Source: a virus
DNA length: 64,000 nt
Virus record (IMG/VR): IMGVR_UViG_3300045988_061891
Direction: 5' to 3' (one strand)
Below the pieces are notes generated by a model. That model worked only from the letters and a program-made list of their open reading frames with translations, was not told the origin of the DNA and did not search any database. The translations under genes and the position numbers were made by a program. This document shows positions 36,663 to 47,504 of this stretch, in pieces (the stretch's first letter is position 1; every line of letters starts with the position of its first letter).

Positions 36663-39600
36663 TGGCTAAAAAAAGTATAACAGAAACAGGTCCTAAGGCT
36701 CTGAGAGGTGTAAGAAACCCAGATTTATACCCAACTCAGAGTCTAGGACTCTCAGATATAGAGGCCCAAAGTATTAGAGATGAACTTGCTAGGTCTACTT
36801 ATGCTAATTATGAAGCAGCACATGGTCATTTGGGGTATCAAGGGTTAAATGACCCTTCCTTATATGCTCCAATAATTGATACAAGTCTTCCAGGCTATGG
36901 AGATTCTATGTATGACAAAGGAATCCTTACTGATGCTACACCTGCTGATGTACAAGACCAAAGAGCAGCTAACCAACCTGTGTGGGCAAAGGCAGGAGCA
37001 GGTGTCCTAAAAGGAACAGGTTTGGCTGCATCTACTTTTATAAGTGATACTGTAGGTTTTGTTGACGGAGTAGTAGAATCTATTATAGACGGGGATTTAT
37101 CAAGAATGTGGGATAATACAGTTACTCAATCTGTAGATGCCTTCAATCGTGGTATGGAATCGGTACTTCCAAATTACTATAGTCAAGATGAACTCCAAAA
37201 CCCTTTTGCTCTTCGTAATATATTTAGTGCAAATACCATATTTGATAAGTTTGTTAAGAATATTGGATTCACTATAGGTGCTGCATATTCAGGTGGTATA
37301 TACTCTAAAATGATAGGTGGAATTGCAAAAGGTCTAGGCTATGCAAAGGGAGCCTCTAAGATATTCAAACTTGGGGACATTGCCAAGGATAGAATGAAAG
37401 AGATGACCACTATTCAGAAGCTTAATACTCTAGGAAAATTAGGAGTGAAAGCAGTAGAGCAGTCCTCTAAGGTAAAAGCATCAAAGGCACTGGCAGGTTC
37501 CATTATGAATGCTTTTGCTGAAGGTACCATAGAAGCAGAGTCCAATACAAATGATGCCATTAGAGTACAAGCTGCTGAGCTTGATAATAGAGTTCAGCAG
37601 GATAAGGAGGCTGCACTGTCTGAGATACAAGAAAGAGTTTACAATGGTGATATTACTCCAGAAGAAGCTAATACTTTACTAGCTCAGAAGTATGCGGAAA
37701 TAGATAATGCAGCTGCTCTGTCAAAGAAAAAGATGGAGGAAAATCGTACTAAGATAGGTGACGGTATTCTTATTGCTAACCTTCCTATATTAACTCTTGA
37801 TAACTTCTTGATGTTTGGCAAGATGTACGCAGGAGGGTGGAAAGCTGCTAGAAATCAAGTCAACACTGTTACCAGAGTTAAGAAAGAGGCTATGAGAGAA
37901 GCCAAGGAAGCTGCTAAAAGAGGAGATAGAACTCTTCTTGAGAACCTCAAAAGAGTTGAGAATACCCCATTCGGTAAACTCTCTGATGCAGATAGAGCAT
38001 TCCTTGAAGAGGTACCAGAACATGGATTAATGGATAACAAGCTGATTGCTCTCACTAAATCTCCTATAAGAGAAGGTAATGAGGAAATGATGCAGGCCTG
38101 GGCATCAGAAACTTATATGGACTTATATAAGAGAGATGCTGACTATGTATATGACTCCAAGGTGAATCCCGACGCAGCAGAACAATTTGGAGATTTTTGG
38201 TCGGAGTTTTGGAAGTCTCATAAAAGAGGATTTGAGAATAGTTATGGGAATCCACAGAGATGGGAAGAGTTTATGATTGGTGCTCTGACGGGAGTAATGG
38301 GTGCTCCTACATTTGGTAGAACTAATAATAGTACAGAACAAACTTGGCTTGGAAGAAACAAAGTAGTAGGACTTACTGGTGGTATCGCAGCTGATTTAAA
38401 AGACCTTAGGGCTTCTAGACAAGAAAGGTTAGAGGTGGCTCAGCATATAGATAGAATAATGCACGACCCTAATCTGAAAAATAGATTGGAGCATGTAAGA
38501 GCACAGATTGCTCTTAACAATGATAAGCAGGCAGCAGTAGAGCTGAAGGATAAGAAAATGTATAAAGATGCTGAAACTGCGGCTCTATTTGAAGACATTA
38601 TGTATCTTAAGAGAGCAAACAAACTTGACTTGTTAGATGGAATCATTGATTCTATGGAAAATGTAAGTGATGAAGATGCCCAAGCCATTATAGATGCTAC
38701 TACTGAATATATGTCTGCCACTCAGCCCGATGTTGACACACACAGACAGGAGATTGATAGATTAGACCATACTGCCTCCGATATTTGGGAAAGGATGCAA
38801 GAATTGGGAGGTCAAATAAGTGAAGCTCTTGAAGCTGGAGATGAGGTCTCAGCTCATGCCTTAGGTGATAGAGTAGCTGCTCTGAACCAACAACTTGAAG
38901 AGGTTAAGGAAGCTCGTGATAGCCACCAGCAATCTCTTGATAGTATATCTAAGAAAAGAATTTCCCCCTATGTCAAACCTGATGGTACTGTATTTACACC
39001 TGATGAAGTTAGACAGGCTTTTGCTGAGAAGACTAAAAAGATGAAAGACTTCATTAAGATGGTATCTGATGTGCAAGATGAAATAGACCTTAGTACTAGT
39101 GAGATACTTAGTGACAATCAACTTGCTACGCTCACTTATTATCAAGTTGCTAAGAATGACTGGATTAATAGAGGTGCTAACATAATAAAAGATTTGAAGG
39201 ACACTCTAGTTAACTCCAATATGACAGACATTCTGAGAAAGCACATTCATAGGCATCGGGAGCAGTTTGAATTGGAAGCTCAGGCTTCTGGAGGATTCAG
39301 TCATGAGGAGGCTCAGGCGAGAGTAGAACAGACTCTCAAAAATCTTGATACACTTGATAGTAACCTTAGTCAGTTCCTAGAAAATAATCCTGAAGCTCTT
39401 ATATCTATGCTGACTAATGTGGATAGTATAAGTACTACAGATAAGGAGGGAAATGTCTCTACTACAAACCTAAAGGATATATTCCTACAGACTTTGAACA
39501 GTGCTATAGAAACCGACCCCCTACTATCAGATAATGAAAAGGCAGAAGCAAAAACTAATGTTGAAGACCTGGGTAAGATGATTGATTCTCTTAAAGAGAA

Positions 39601-42445
39601 GAATCAAATATTCAAAGATGCACTTGCAAACCCTGGCAATATAGAGAGGAGACAGGCTGCTATTGATAGCAAGCACTTGAATAGAAAGCAGAAGAAGTTG
39701 ATTAACAAGTTTAAGGAGGAAGTTGATTTCGAAGACCCTCTATCCATCAAAGCTGCCTATAATAAGCACAAGAGTGATATTAACGAGATGGGTCTTGACA
39801 AGTTCCTCAAGAACTTTACTAAAGCGGAACAGGGTGCTATAAAGGGTGCTATAGGAAATGCCTCTGCAAAACAAATCATTTCTGGTATCATTGATGACGA
39901 TATTAATGAAGATGGTGCTGTTAAGAGTGCTGCTAAACAAGTTCTAGATGGAATAGAGGATTTATCCCCAGAAGGTCTACATAAGTTAAGTACTGATTCA
40001 TCAGTAGATGAAGCTATTGTCAAGGCAGCTTCTGAACTAGTAGAAGGTATCAACGATGATGATGTAGTAAAGGCTGCCAAGCAAGCTGAGTTTGAAAGTC
40101 ATATAAAGGAACTCCTTGAAAAAGCGGCTAAGGAAGCCTCTGAAGCTATAGAGGAGAAGATGAAGGACTTAGCAGGAAAAAGAGAAGTTGAAGATAGTAG
40201 TGGAACTTACAGTTCTGACAAAAACACAAGTCCTACTGGCAAGGCTTCTAAAGCAGATGATGAAGGTACGCCTGACCCACATCCAAACCCAGGTTATGCT
40301 AGTACTGACTCAGCTACAGGTCCCTCTCCCGCAGCAGGAACTGAAGGCCCAAGCCCTGGCACTGTAGAAGCATCAATTGACAGAGAAGATGAGTATGATG
40401 CTAATGAGAATAAGAGTGAGAGCAAAGTAAAAACAGTTAGACAGAAGGCTGTAGGTCTTAGTAAGCAAGACCCCAAGAACAATAATAATCTTGCTTTCAG
40501 AAGGCAGCTTACTGAGTTTTATATCTTTGGTGAATATGGACAGAAACTTGCTGATTGGTATGAGCAAGATAAGAGTAGAGTACCAGACCCTCTTGATGCT
40601 GATTCTTTTATAGCTTATTTAAGAGCAGTAACTGACTTCTTAAATAAGAATGGAGCTTTTACTTATGTAAGTGGTGTCAATAAGGACAATAGTCTTACTA
40701 ATGGTCAAGAAATATGGTTTGATGTAGAAGAAAGTCTTACTGATGCTAACGGTGTAAAAGTGGTAGTAATTAAGACTCTTGATAGTCAAAATAATGAGCA
40801 AGTCATAGGCACTATAAGAACTCAGTATGAGTTTGAGGCTTATGATGCTGCTGTAGAAGATGGAAGACAAGAGAGGAGCAAATCTATTGAAGCTCAGAAA
40901 GAACTTTATGAAGAGGTTATAAGGAGACATGAGAATGGTATTACTGACAAGGTTACTACCAAAGTAGACAAACTGACGAAAGGCAGCTTGCCTCTAGTAC
41001 AGCTAAATAGCACTGTAGCAGAAGTATTTGAAGTAAATGATTCTACTGAAGATTCTGCTGTACCTATAATAGGTGTCGCTGCTCCTAGAACTGCTAATAG
41101 TCCTACCATTATAATACACAATGGTAATAGGGCAGACAATGTGGCAGAAGTGGACTCAGCAGTATTATTACCTGGTCAAGTGTATATACTTATTCCTTCC
41201 AATACAGGACAATATGTACCTGCCTTATGTACCTCTACTCCTATATCAGAACTTAATAGTAATGATTGGTATATACAGCAAGCTGCCAATGCTCTGTGGG
41301 ACGTTTTTGAGAAAGGTGTTTCCAAAAAGAATGAGTTTGTCAAATGGCTTCCTGTGAAAGACTTTCATATCAATTTAAGGAGAAAGAATGAGCAAGGTAA
41401 ATGGGAAGATGCTGCACTAGGCTCGGCTGATGCAGCCTTCATAAAGTTTATTGGTAAGGACGGTAAAGAAGTTAATAGGACTGTGCCTCTCAAAGATGCA
41501 GAAGGTGACCCTCTTTCTAGAGAAACTATAATGGCAGACTTAACTAAGTTCATTATGGATACAGGTAAGTACCAAAAGCTATATACTAATGTAGATAAGA
41601 AAAAATTAAGTGACCTTAACTACGTTCGTAATGTATCAAAGTATCTTCATGTTAACTTACCGAGAGGTCTCGGTGGGCAGCATACTATGAATGATGGTTT
41701 TCTATATACTCCTACTAGCATAGAGAGACAACATACTGATGGTACAACTGTTCCTAAGACTCCAGTAAAAACTCAAACAACTCCTCAAGGTACTTCTAAG
41801 TTAGTTATATACAAGGGTAAGAAATACACTGTTGACATGGCTGGTCAGGTACTTGATAGTAAGAATACACCTATAAGAGGTAAACTTGCGGAAGAGATTA
41901 AGAAGACTATGAGCGGTACTACAGTAGCTCCTACAACAAGTACTAAGAAGCAGTCAACTAGAAAGCCAACTACTGACCCCTTTAACACGCGAGGAAGAAG
42001 CAGAAGAAAACCTGCTGCACCAGTTAAGACTGAAACTGAAGACCTAAAGACTGTATTTGATGAGATACAAACTCAAAAGGGTTCTGATGTCCCAGTTCTA
42101 ATGGCTCTAAATTTTCTAGATGAGCAATTTTCTTATGAGGGTTATGTTGCTGCAATTCAACTAATGCTTAAGATACGACAAACGGGGAATACCCCTCTAA
42201 CTAATCATATTATCACTAAGGAACAATATGAGAGATTGGGTAAGGCTCTAAGCCAAACTACCACAGATGAAACTAAAGTCTTAAGTGGTAGAGGTATGTT
42301 TGTAGCATATAAGGATGATATTGCTGATTATGAGATGGCTCATATGCAAGACTTATCAGAGTATCTTAAAGCTAGAAACATCAGTACAGAAGATTATAAA
42401 AAACTATCTCTTGAAGATAAAATAAGTATCTTACACTGTATGTAA
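36662..42445 (+). CDS. Giant cargo/ejection protein
   Basis: 1,927 aa. It has N-terminal Gly/Ala-rich hydrophobic helices (AGAGVLKGTGLAASTFI, AAYSGGIYSKMIGGIAKGLGYA), long coiled coils and a basic C-terminal region. It ends at a bidirectional terminator. Confidence 0.45.
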   Translation: MAKKSITETGPKALRGVRNPDLYPTQSLGLSDIEAQSIRDELARSTYANYEAAHGHLGYQGLNDPSLYAPIIDTSLPGYGDSMYDKGILTDATPADVQDQRAANQPVWAKAGAGVLKGTGLAASTFISDTVGFVDGVVESIIDGDLSRMWDNTVTQSVDAFNRGMESVLPNYYSQDELQNPFALRNIFSANTIFDKFVKNIGFTIGAAYSGGIYSKMIGGIAKGLGYAKGASKIFKLGDIAKDRMKEMTTIQKLNTLGKLGVKAVEQSSKVKASKALAGSIMNAFAEGTIEAESNTNDAIRVQAAELDNRVQQDKEAALSEIQERVYNGDITPEEANTLLAQKYAEIDNAAALSKKKMEENRTKIGDGILIANLPILTLDNFLMFGKMYAGGWKAARNQVNTVTRVKKEAMREAKEAAKRGDRTLLENLKRVENTPFGKLSDADRAFLEEVPEHGLMDNKLIALTKSPIREGNEEMMQAWASETYMDLYKRDADYVYDSKVNPDAAEQFGDFWSEFWKSHKRGFENSYGNPQRWEEFMIGALTGVMGAPTFGRTNNSTEQTWLGRNKVVGLTGGIAADLKDLRASRQERLEVAQHIDRIMHDPNLKNRLEHVRAQIALNNDKQAAVELKDKKMYKDAETAALFEDIMYLKRANKLDLLDGIIDSMENVSDEDAQAIIDATTEYMSATQPDVDTHRQEIDRLDHTASDIWERMQELGGQISEALEAGDEVSAHALGDRVAALNQQLEEVKEARDSHQQSLDSISKKRISPYVKPDGTVFTPDEVRQAFAEKTKKMKDFIKMVSDVQDEIDLSTSEILSDNQLATLTYYQVAKNDWINRGANIIKDLKDTLVNSNMTDILRKHIHRHREQFELEAQASGGFSHEEAQARVEQTLKNLDTLDSNLSQFLENNPEALISMLTNVDSISTTDKEGNVSTTNLKDIFLQTLNSAIETDPLLSDNEKAEAKTNVEDLGKMIDSLKEKNQIFKDALANPGNIERRQAAIDSKHLNRKQKKLINKFKEEVDFEDPLSIKAAYNKHKSDINEMGLDKFLKNFTKAEQGAIKGAIGNASAKQIISGIIDDDINEDGAVKSAAKQVLDGIEDLSPEGLHKLSTDSSVDEAIVKAASELVEGINDDDVVKAAKQAEFESHIKELLEKAAKEASEAIEEKMKDLAGKREVEDSSGTYSSDKNTSPTGKASKADDEGTPDPHPNPGYASTDSATGPSPAAGTEGPSPGTVEASIDREDEYDANENKSESKVKTVRQKAVGLSKQDPKNNNNLAFRRQLTEFYIFGEYGQKLADWYEQDKSRVPDPLDADSFIAYLRAVTDFLNKNGAFTYVSGVNKDNSLTNGQEIWFDVEESLTDANGVKVVVIKTLDSQNNEQVIGTIRTQYEFEAYDAAVEDGRQERSKSIEAQKELYEEVIRRHENGITDKVTTKVDKLTKGSLPLVQLNSTVAEVFEVNDSTEDSAVPIIGVAAPRTANSPTIIIHNGNRADNVAEVDSAVLLPGQVYILIPSNTGQYVPALCTSTPISELNSNDWYIQQAANALWDVFEKGVSKKNEFVKWLPVKDFHINLRRKNEQGKWEDAALGSADAAFIKFIGKDGKEVNRTVPLKDAEGDPLSRETIMADLTKFIMDTGKYQKLYTNVDKKKLSDLNYVRNVSKYLHVNLPRGLGGQHTMNDGFLYTPTSIERQHTDGTTVPKTPVKTQTTPQGTSKLVIYKGKKYTVDMAGQVLDSKNTPIRGKLAEEIKKTMSGTTVAPTTSTKKQSTRKPTTDPFNTRGRSRRKPAAPVKTETEDLKTVFDEIQTQKGSDVPVLMALNFLDEQFSYEGYVAAIQLMLKIRQTGNTPLTNHIITKEQYERLGKALSQTTTDETKVLSGRGMFVAYKDDIADYEMAHMQDLSEYLKARNISTEDYKKLSLEDKISILHCM

Positions 42446-42461
42446 GACAAACTGTTTGTAG

Positions 42462-42505
42462 AAAAAAAAATAAGGGCAGAGGTCATTAGACCCCTGCCCT
42501 TTTTC
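42462..42505. terminator. Bidirectional terminator between convergent gene blocks
   Basis: AAGGGCAGAGGTC-atta-GACCCCTGCCCTT has one mismatch. It is flanked by an A9 run upstream and a T-run downstream, so it carries a U-tract on both strands. Confidence 0.8.
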
Positions 42506-42531
42506 ACATGTTGTTAAAAAAACCCTCAGAG

Positions 42532-45500
42532 CTATTTATTATCATAATAGCTCTCAATATATTCAGGATGGGCAACCTTATCAATTTGTCTGTACCATCC
42601 TGAGAGAGGAGACTTTAATAAGCCTCTTTCTCCTTTACTCTTACCACTATATCTTCCAGATTCTACATCTTCAAACCAATTTGGCACCCATAAAGCCTCC
42701 ATTAATCCCTGTATTCCATCAAGCATGGATGTAGCAGCAATTGGGGAATTGAGTATCTTAACTCCTTCTATAGGAGTGGCTAGTGGGAATAAAGCACCGA
42801 GTTCTGTTACTGCTCTTTGACTTATTGCTGCAAGTAATCTCTTTCCCCATACTCTATGTTCTCCTTTATCTGCTTTAAGCATTAGGGATATACCGAGTAC
42901 TATCAAGAATTGAACAGTTTCAGATAGTGCTCTTCTGACATTTCTTTGCTGCGGTTCTGTAAGTTCCTGCCAATGTAGGGCAATATTTAGTTGTCCATTC
43001 TTAAGGTCTTTCCGAAGATGGTTCATAAACCTGAAAGTTGTTCTATAGAAACCTTCTGTTTTTCTTCCACCTTCAAGACTTGTTGCTGCTTTACCAAACC
43101 TCTTTCTATATTGAGAGGGCATCCAGTCTCTATATTGCATAAGGAACTTACCCATTATAGTATTTCTGGCTTCAATGGTATCTTCCGTGTTATATACACC
43201 GAAGAGTCCCTTATTCATCTCCCATATCTTATCTATAAGTTCAACAATATCTTTCTCAGAGAAATCTTCGCCCTTATCATTCTTAACACCCTCCTTAAGT
43301 ACTAGTTTGTTTCCAGCATGAGGGTTGGTATCATCTACTGGCACAAGGTCAAATATGTCAAGAATACTGTCAATAGGTTTCCCATTAAGTGTAATTCCAC
43401 TATGACTGAGTAATGCTAGACCTACTCTGGTATAGAGCCAGTGGTCACCCATTTCCTGACCTATAAATTGTAATGAAGGTCCAAATATTCTTGTTATTAA
43501 GTTCCTATTTACAAAGTCTTGGTGTCTAACATTTTTGCTAAAGTTAGCCTTCATATTAAATAACTCTGCTACTAGGCTTAATTTGTTATATTTCACCCTA
43601 CTGCCAAAATCCCCTATAAGTCCAGGTAGGTTCTTTATATAGGTTTTATCAGCTCTAGCAAGTTCCTTAGGACTGAAGTATTCCTGTGCAAAAGCTTCAA
43701 TGTTGGTCATTCCTATACCTGATACTATATTAGCTACATTGGCAAAAGCATTGAGACCAAGTTGTACATAAGCTCCCAGTTTCAAGACTTTATTAGCTAC
43801 TTTATGGGCATCCATACCAAGTACTGTGTCTTCAGATTCATCTTGGACTCTACCGTATATTTTAGTTTTAAACAGGTTATTCAGAGCCTTTCCAAAGTTA
43901 GAAGAGGCAGCATCAATAGTAGCTCTGTCAACCGTGGCTTCAGTTCCTCTATTATTCCTTTCCATTACTGGAAGACCCCTTCTTCTCATACCTATTTTTC
44001 TTTGAGTAACTGGGTCAAGGAGTACATGCTTACCTACCTCAAGAGCATCCACCACATCAGACAGGGCATCATACTGATATACCATATCCCCATAGGCTAT
44101 GAGGGTACTGATAACATCAGTTGATATATCCTTGGCGTGCTCCTCATCAGCAGACAAGTATAAGATAGGAAGCATCATTCTTTCTTTACCAGACATATCT
44201 CTCAGACCATGAGTATATGTTACCTCGTCATCAAAACTCTTCTTGAAAGTCTCATTGAGAGATTCTCTGATATTACTTATAGCATCTCCCTTAAGGGCAC
44301 CTCTTAATCTTTCTATAGCTGACTTCCTAATCTTGATAGAATTTGTGAGGAAAGTTCTGCCACCAAGATACATATCAAGTTCAGCTTTAATATCTATCCA
44401 CTCATCATAAAAATCTTTCTGTACTTCACTTAAAGACTCATACTTGCTAGGATATAATTCCTTGTCTGGTACTCTGGTTCTCTTTCCATTCTCATAGACT
44501 GGTTTAGTGTTAGCTTCTATCCAAGCCTGTTCCTCAAACTTTTTCTTCTGATACTCAGGAGTTCCAATCTGATTACCATATTTGGCATCAAGTTCAGCAA
44601 GTTTTGCTTTATAAGCCTTATCATAAGCTGTCCTACTGTATTCAGTATTTACATACCTCATCTTGTCATCTTCAAACATGAAGTCATAAGACCTTATACC
44701 TTTAGCTTCATACTTTATGCCTAGAGCCAATATTTTCTGCTGTAGAGCTATTACCTTAAGATTCTTCTGATGTTTGGCATCTTTTATAATCTTATCAAAA
44801 GCTTGTAACAGGGTATCTGGAGTATCAGCCATAGTAGCAAGCCACCTCTGTGCCCATGAAAGGTCAACATCAGACTCCTTCATAAGGTCTTCCACAGTTA
44901 CCTTCTTAAACTTGCCTGGGTTATCAGGGTCAGCTATCTCAATGGTATCTCCTATAAACTGAGCAAGGAACTTAGCAAATAGAGGTCCTGCTAGAGTATT
45001 ATATTGATTTTCAAGATTGTCCAACATAATACTAAGGGTCCCTAAGGCTTCATTTATAACTTTTAGTCCACTACCAAGACCATTTGTGGGGTCATCAGCC
45101 AGCTTTCTATAATCAGGGTCAATGTCAAGGTCAGGCATGTTCCTTATAAGTGAGCCGAGGAATGGTTTAGCTCCACGAAATTCCTCCCCATTCTTAAGCA
45201 ACTGATTATTCTCAGTACCAAGGTATTCCTTAGGAGCTTTCTTCGTACTGACAGAATATTGTGCAGTACCACTACCAGCTCCTAGAGGCTTAGGATAACT
45301 CACAGAAATAGGAATCACATTAATACTCTTTACCTTAATGCCATATCTTTGCTCAAGGAACTTCTTATAGAGAGTCAGCTGTTTTCTCCACTTCTCAAGC
45401 TTAGCTTCATCAATTTTACCTCTATGGGTCTTCATATCATAGATATGCCAGTTTCCTTGGTCATCATAGCCAAGGAGGTCTAGAGTTCCTGCAACATTAA

Positions 45501-47493
45501 CATTATGCACAACTCCAGCACCATCAACGGATTGTACAGTACCCATAGCTTTAATATCTCTAGCTACTATGTGTATTCTTCCTCTACCAGGAACATTCCT
45601 GTCAAATCTCTTCTTAAGCTTTACTAGCTGGTCAACAAAAGCATTGAAATCTTCTCTAGTAGCATTAGGATATACTTGGTCAAGAGTCTTACCTTCTACC
45701 TTCCAATCATCACCCTCCTTTGTCATTCTTCCCATAAAGAAGTCTCTGACAAGCTCATCCATACCAGTACCTATATTGGTAGAAGGAAGCACATGTTTAT
45801 TTGAAGAGGTTATGATGTCTATTACATCTTTATCCGACTGTATAGTACTAGTCACTCTAAGGAATTTATTTCCACTATCACTTTCATAATGACTATTATC
45901 CTTTACAAGAGTGAGTTTTTCAGAGTCTTCACTAATCATTTTAGCTATCTCCTCTTGACTCTTACCAGTTGTGTCAATAGTAACTGGCTCACTAGTACTT
46001 TCATAGTCCCTCAGAGTATTTGAAGCATCATCCAGCATAAACTCCTGATTCATTACATCAGGGTCTTCAAGATATTCTTTAGTAATTACCGTTCTTAGAT
46101 TTGCTATTTCTGCCCGCACTTCACCAATAACAGTAGTAGTGTTTTCTAATACTCTGAATGAGTTCTTTGTCGGAGTACTTTCAATAGTATCAAGGTTTTT
46201 TTGTGCTATTTGTAAGTTCTTGGTGATAAGCTCAAGAGCTTTACTTATAGCCTTCATACTATCACCAGTCTCTTGTGCTTTTCTAGCAATCTCTTTTGTC
46301 TGGGAGCCTAATGAGTTAAGAGCTCTTCTTGTATCTTCTATGTTCCCATCATCAATTGCAAGTTGAAGTGAAGCACTCTTATACTGTAGTGCACTTATTC
46401 TTCTCAATACATCTATCTGGGCATCTATTCTCTTAGAGAGAGCATTGAAAGATGCCACTCTTCTGGCTTTCTGTATGTCTTGCTTAGATAGAGTCTTTTT
46501 CTTGCTGAGATAATCTTCAGCAAATTTGCCATACTCATATTTGATACTGTCCAATGTATCTTTATAGTGTGCAGGATTTATACCTTTAAACAGCCCAACT
46601 ATGAAGTCGGCCATTCTCTTGAAGAGAGATGGTCTAGGAGTATCTTCCTTCTTATCTATCTTGTCTATAAGACAATCCCTAAGTATAACTCCAGCTGCTT
46701 CTTCTGCAATAAGGTCTCTGTCATTTTGACAGTACTCTGCCACTCTGTCATAATCATCACCAAGTACTTTTCTAGCAGCTTCTTCATTTCTTAGGAAAGC
46801 AATACTTCTCTGTACTAGAGGTTTACTTCTATTTACACCCACAAGAACATGGGCTAATTCCTCAGAGATAGCTCCTAAACCTTCAAGATTATTAGCCACT
46901 CTGATAACTACACCAAATTCATTTAATAGACCAGAAAGATGATTAAACTCAGTAACACCAACACGTCCTGCTGATACTTCTATTTCAGAGAGGTCTTCAA
47001 TAGTTATACCTGCTGGGCGGAGCATATCACTAGCTGCCTCCTTGAGTTTGTGCATTTTATACTGGTTTACAGCAATCTCTTCTGAACTCTCTGTTCTGGG
47101 CACAAACTTAATAGTCAAATCAAAATCTTGGTCATAGTCGACATATGCTACAAAGTTGTCTCTTTCCTCACCGGTTTCATTGAAGCTATGGGCCTTTTCA
47201 ATAAGCACAGAGGCATTGGCACTGTTATCAGCTAAGTGAGGCTGACCCTTACTTAAGCTGCTGATAATAGCTTCATTTCCTACAAAGTTCCTAATAATAG
47301 GGAGCTTCATTAAACTAGCAAAGGACGGAACCCCGTCACTATCAAAAGTGACGGAGTTACCATACTTAGCTCTAAATGCGTTGCCTGTTACCTTCTCGAA
47401 GATGACAACTGCCTTTTCATGTCCAAAATTTTCCTTCAGACTGTTGAAGGTTTCTCCTCCTACGAGAGGGGTTCTTCTACATACATTACTCAT
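42532..47493 (-). CDS. Giant polyvalent virion protein with PD-(D/E)xK nuclease core
   Basis: 1,653 aa. It starts 11 nt after the stop of the RNAP gene. It carries nuclease motifs (see feature 45361-45780) and a degenerate zincin-like EELAH helix (nt 46838-46872). Confidence 0.55.
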   Translation of the reverse strand: MSNVCRRTPLVGGETFNSLKENFGHEKAVVIFEKVTGNAFRAKYGNSVTFDSDGVPSFASLMKLPIIRNFVGNEAIISSLSKGQPHLADNSANASVLIEKAHSFNETGEERDNFVAYVDYDQDFDLTIKFVPRTESSEEIAVNQYKMHKLKEAASDMLRPAGITIEDLSEIEVSAGRVGVTEFNHLSGLLNEFGVVIRVANNLEGLGAISEELAHVLVGVNRSKPLVQRSIAFLRNEEAARKVLGDDYDRVAEYCQNDRDLIAEEAAGVILRDCLIDKIDKKEDTPRPSLFKRMADFIVGLFKGINPAHYKDTLDSIKYEYGKFAEDYLSKKKTLSKQDIQKARRVASFNALSKRIDAQIDVLRRISALQYKSASLQLAIDDGNIEDTRRALNSLGSQTKEIARKAQETGDSMKAISKALELITKNLQIAQKNLDTIESTPTKNSFRVLENTTTVIGEVRAEIANLRTVITKEYLEDPDVMNQEFMLDDASNTLRDYESTSEPVTIDTTGKSQEEIAKMISEDSEKLTLVKDNSHYESDSGNKFLRVTSTIQSDKDVIDIITSSNKHVLPSTNIGTGMDELVRDFFMGRMTKEGDDWKVEGKTLDQVYPNATREDFNAFVDQLVKLKKRFDRNVPGRGRIHIVARDIKAMGTVQSVDGAGVVHNVNVAGTLDLLGYDDQGNWHIYDMKTHRGKIDEAKLEKWRKQLTLYKKFLEQRYGIKVKSINVIPISVSYPKPLGAGSGTAQYSVSTKKAPKEYLGTENNQLLKNGEEFRGAKPFLGSLIRNMPDLDIDPDYRKLADDPTNGLGSGLKVINEALGTLSIMLDNLENQYNTLAGPLFAKFLAQFIGDTIEIADPDNPGKFKKVTVEDLMKESDVDLSWAQRWLATMADTPDTLLQAFDKIIKDAKHQKNLKVIALQQKILALGIKYEAKGIRSYDFMFEDDKMRYVNTEYSRTAYDKAYKAKLAELDAKYGNQIGTPEYQKKKFEEQAWIEANTKPVYENGKRTRVPDKELYPSKYESLSEVQKDFYDEWIDIKAELDMYLGGRTFLTNSIKIRKSAIERLRGALKGDAISNIRESLNETFKKSFDDEVTYTHGLRDMSGKERMMLPILYLSADEEHAKDISTDVISTLIAYGDMVYQYDALSDVVDALEVGKHVLLDPVTQRKIGMRRRGLPVMERNNRGTEATVDRATIDAASSNFGKALNNLFKTKIYGRVQDESEDTVLGMDAHKVANKVLKLGAYVQLGLNAFANVANIVSGIGMTNIEAFAQEYFSPKELARADKTYIKNLPGLIGDFGSRVKYNKLSLVAELFNMKANFSKNVRHQDFVNRNLITRIFGPSLQFIGQEMGDHWLYTRVGLALLSHSGITLNGKPIDSILDIFDLVPVDDTNPHAGNKLVLKEGVKNDKGEDFSEKDIVELIDKIWEMNKGLFGVYNTEDTIEARNTIMGKFLMQYRDWMPSQYRKRFGKAATSLEGGRKTEGFYRTTFRFMNHLRKDLKNGQLNIALHWQELTEPQQRNVRRALSETVQFLIVLGISLMLKADKGEHRVWGKRLLAAISQRAVTELGALFPLATPIEGVKILNSPIAATSMLDGIQGLMEALWVPNWFEDVESGRYSGKSKGERGLLKSPLSGWYRQIDKVAHPEYIESYYDNK
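45361..45780 (-). other. PD-(D/E)xK (RecB/Cas4-like) nuclease motif set inside the 1,653-aa protein
   Basis: In order: GTGMDELVRDFF, GTLDLLGY, HIYDMKTHRG (D-x-K) and KQLTLYKKF (QxxxY). This is the canonical spacing and order of RecB-family nuclease motifs. Confidence 0.55.
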
Positions 47494-47504
47494 TATTCTT
47501 ATCC

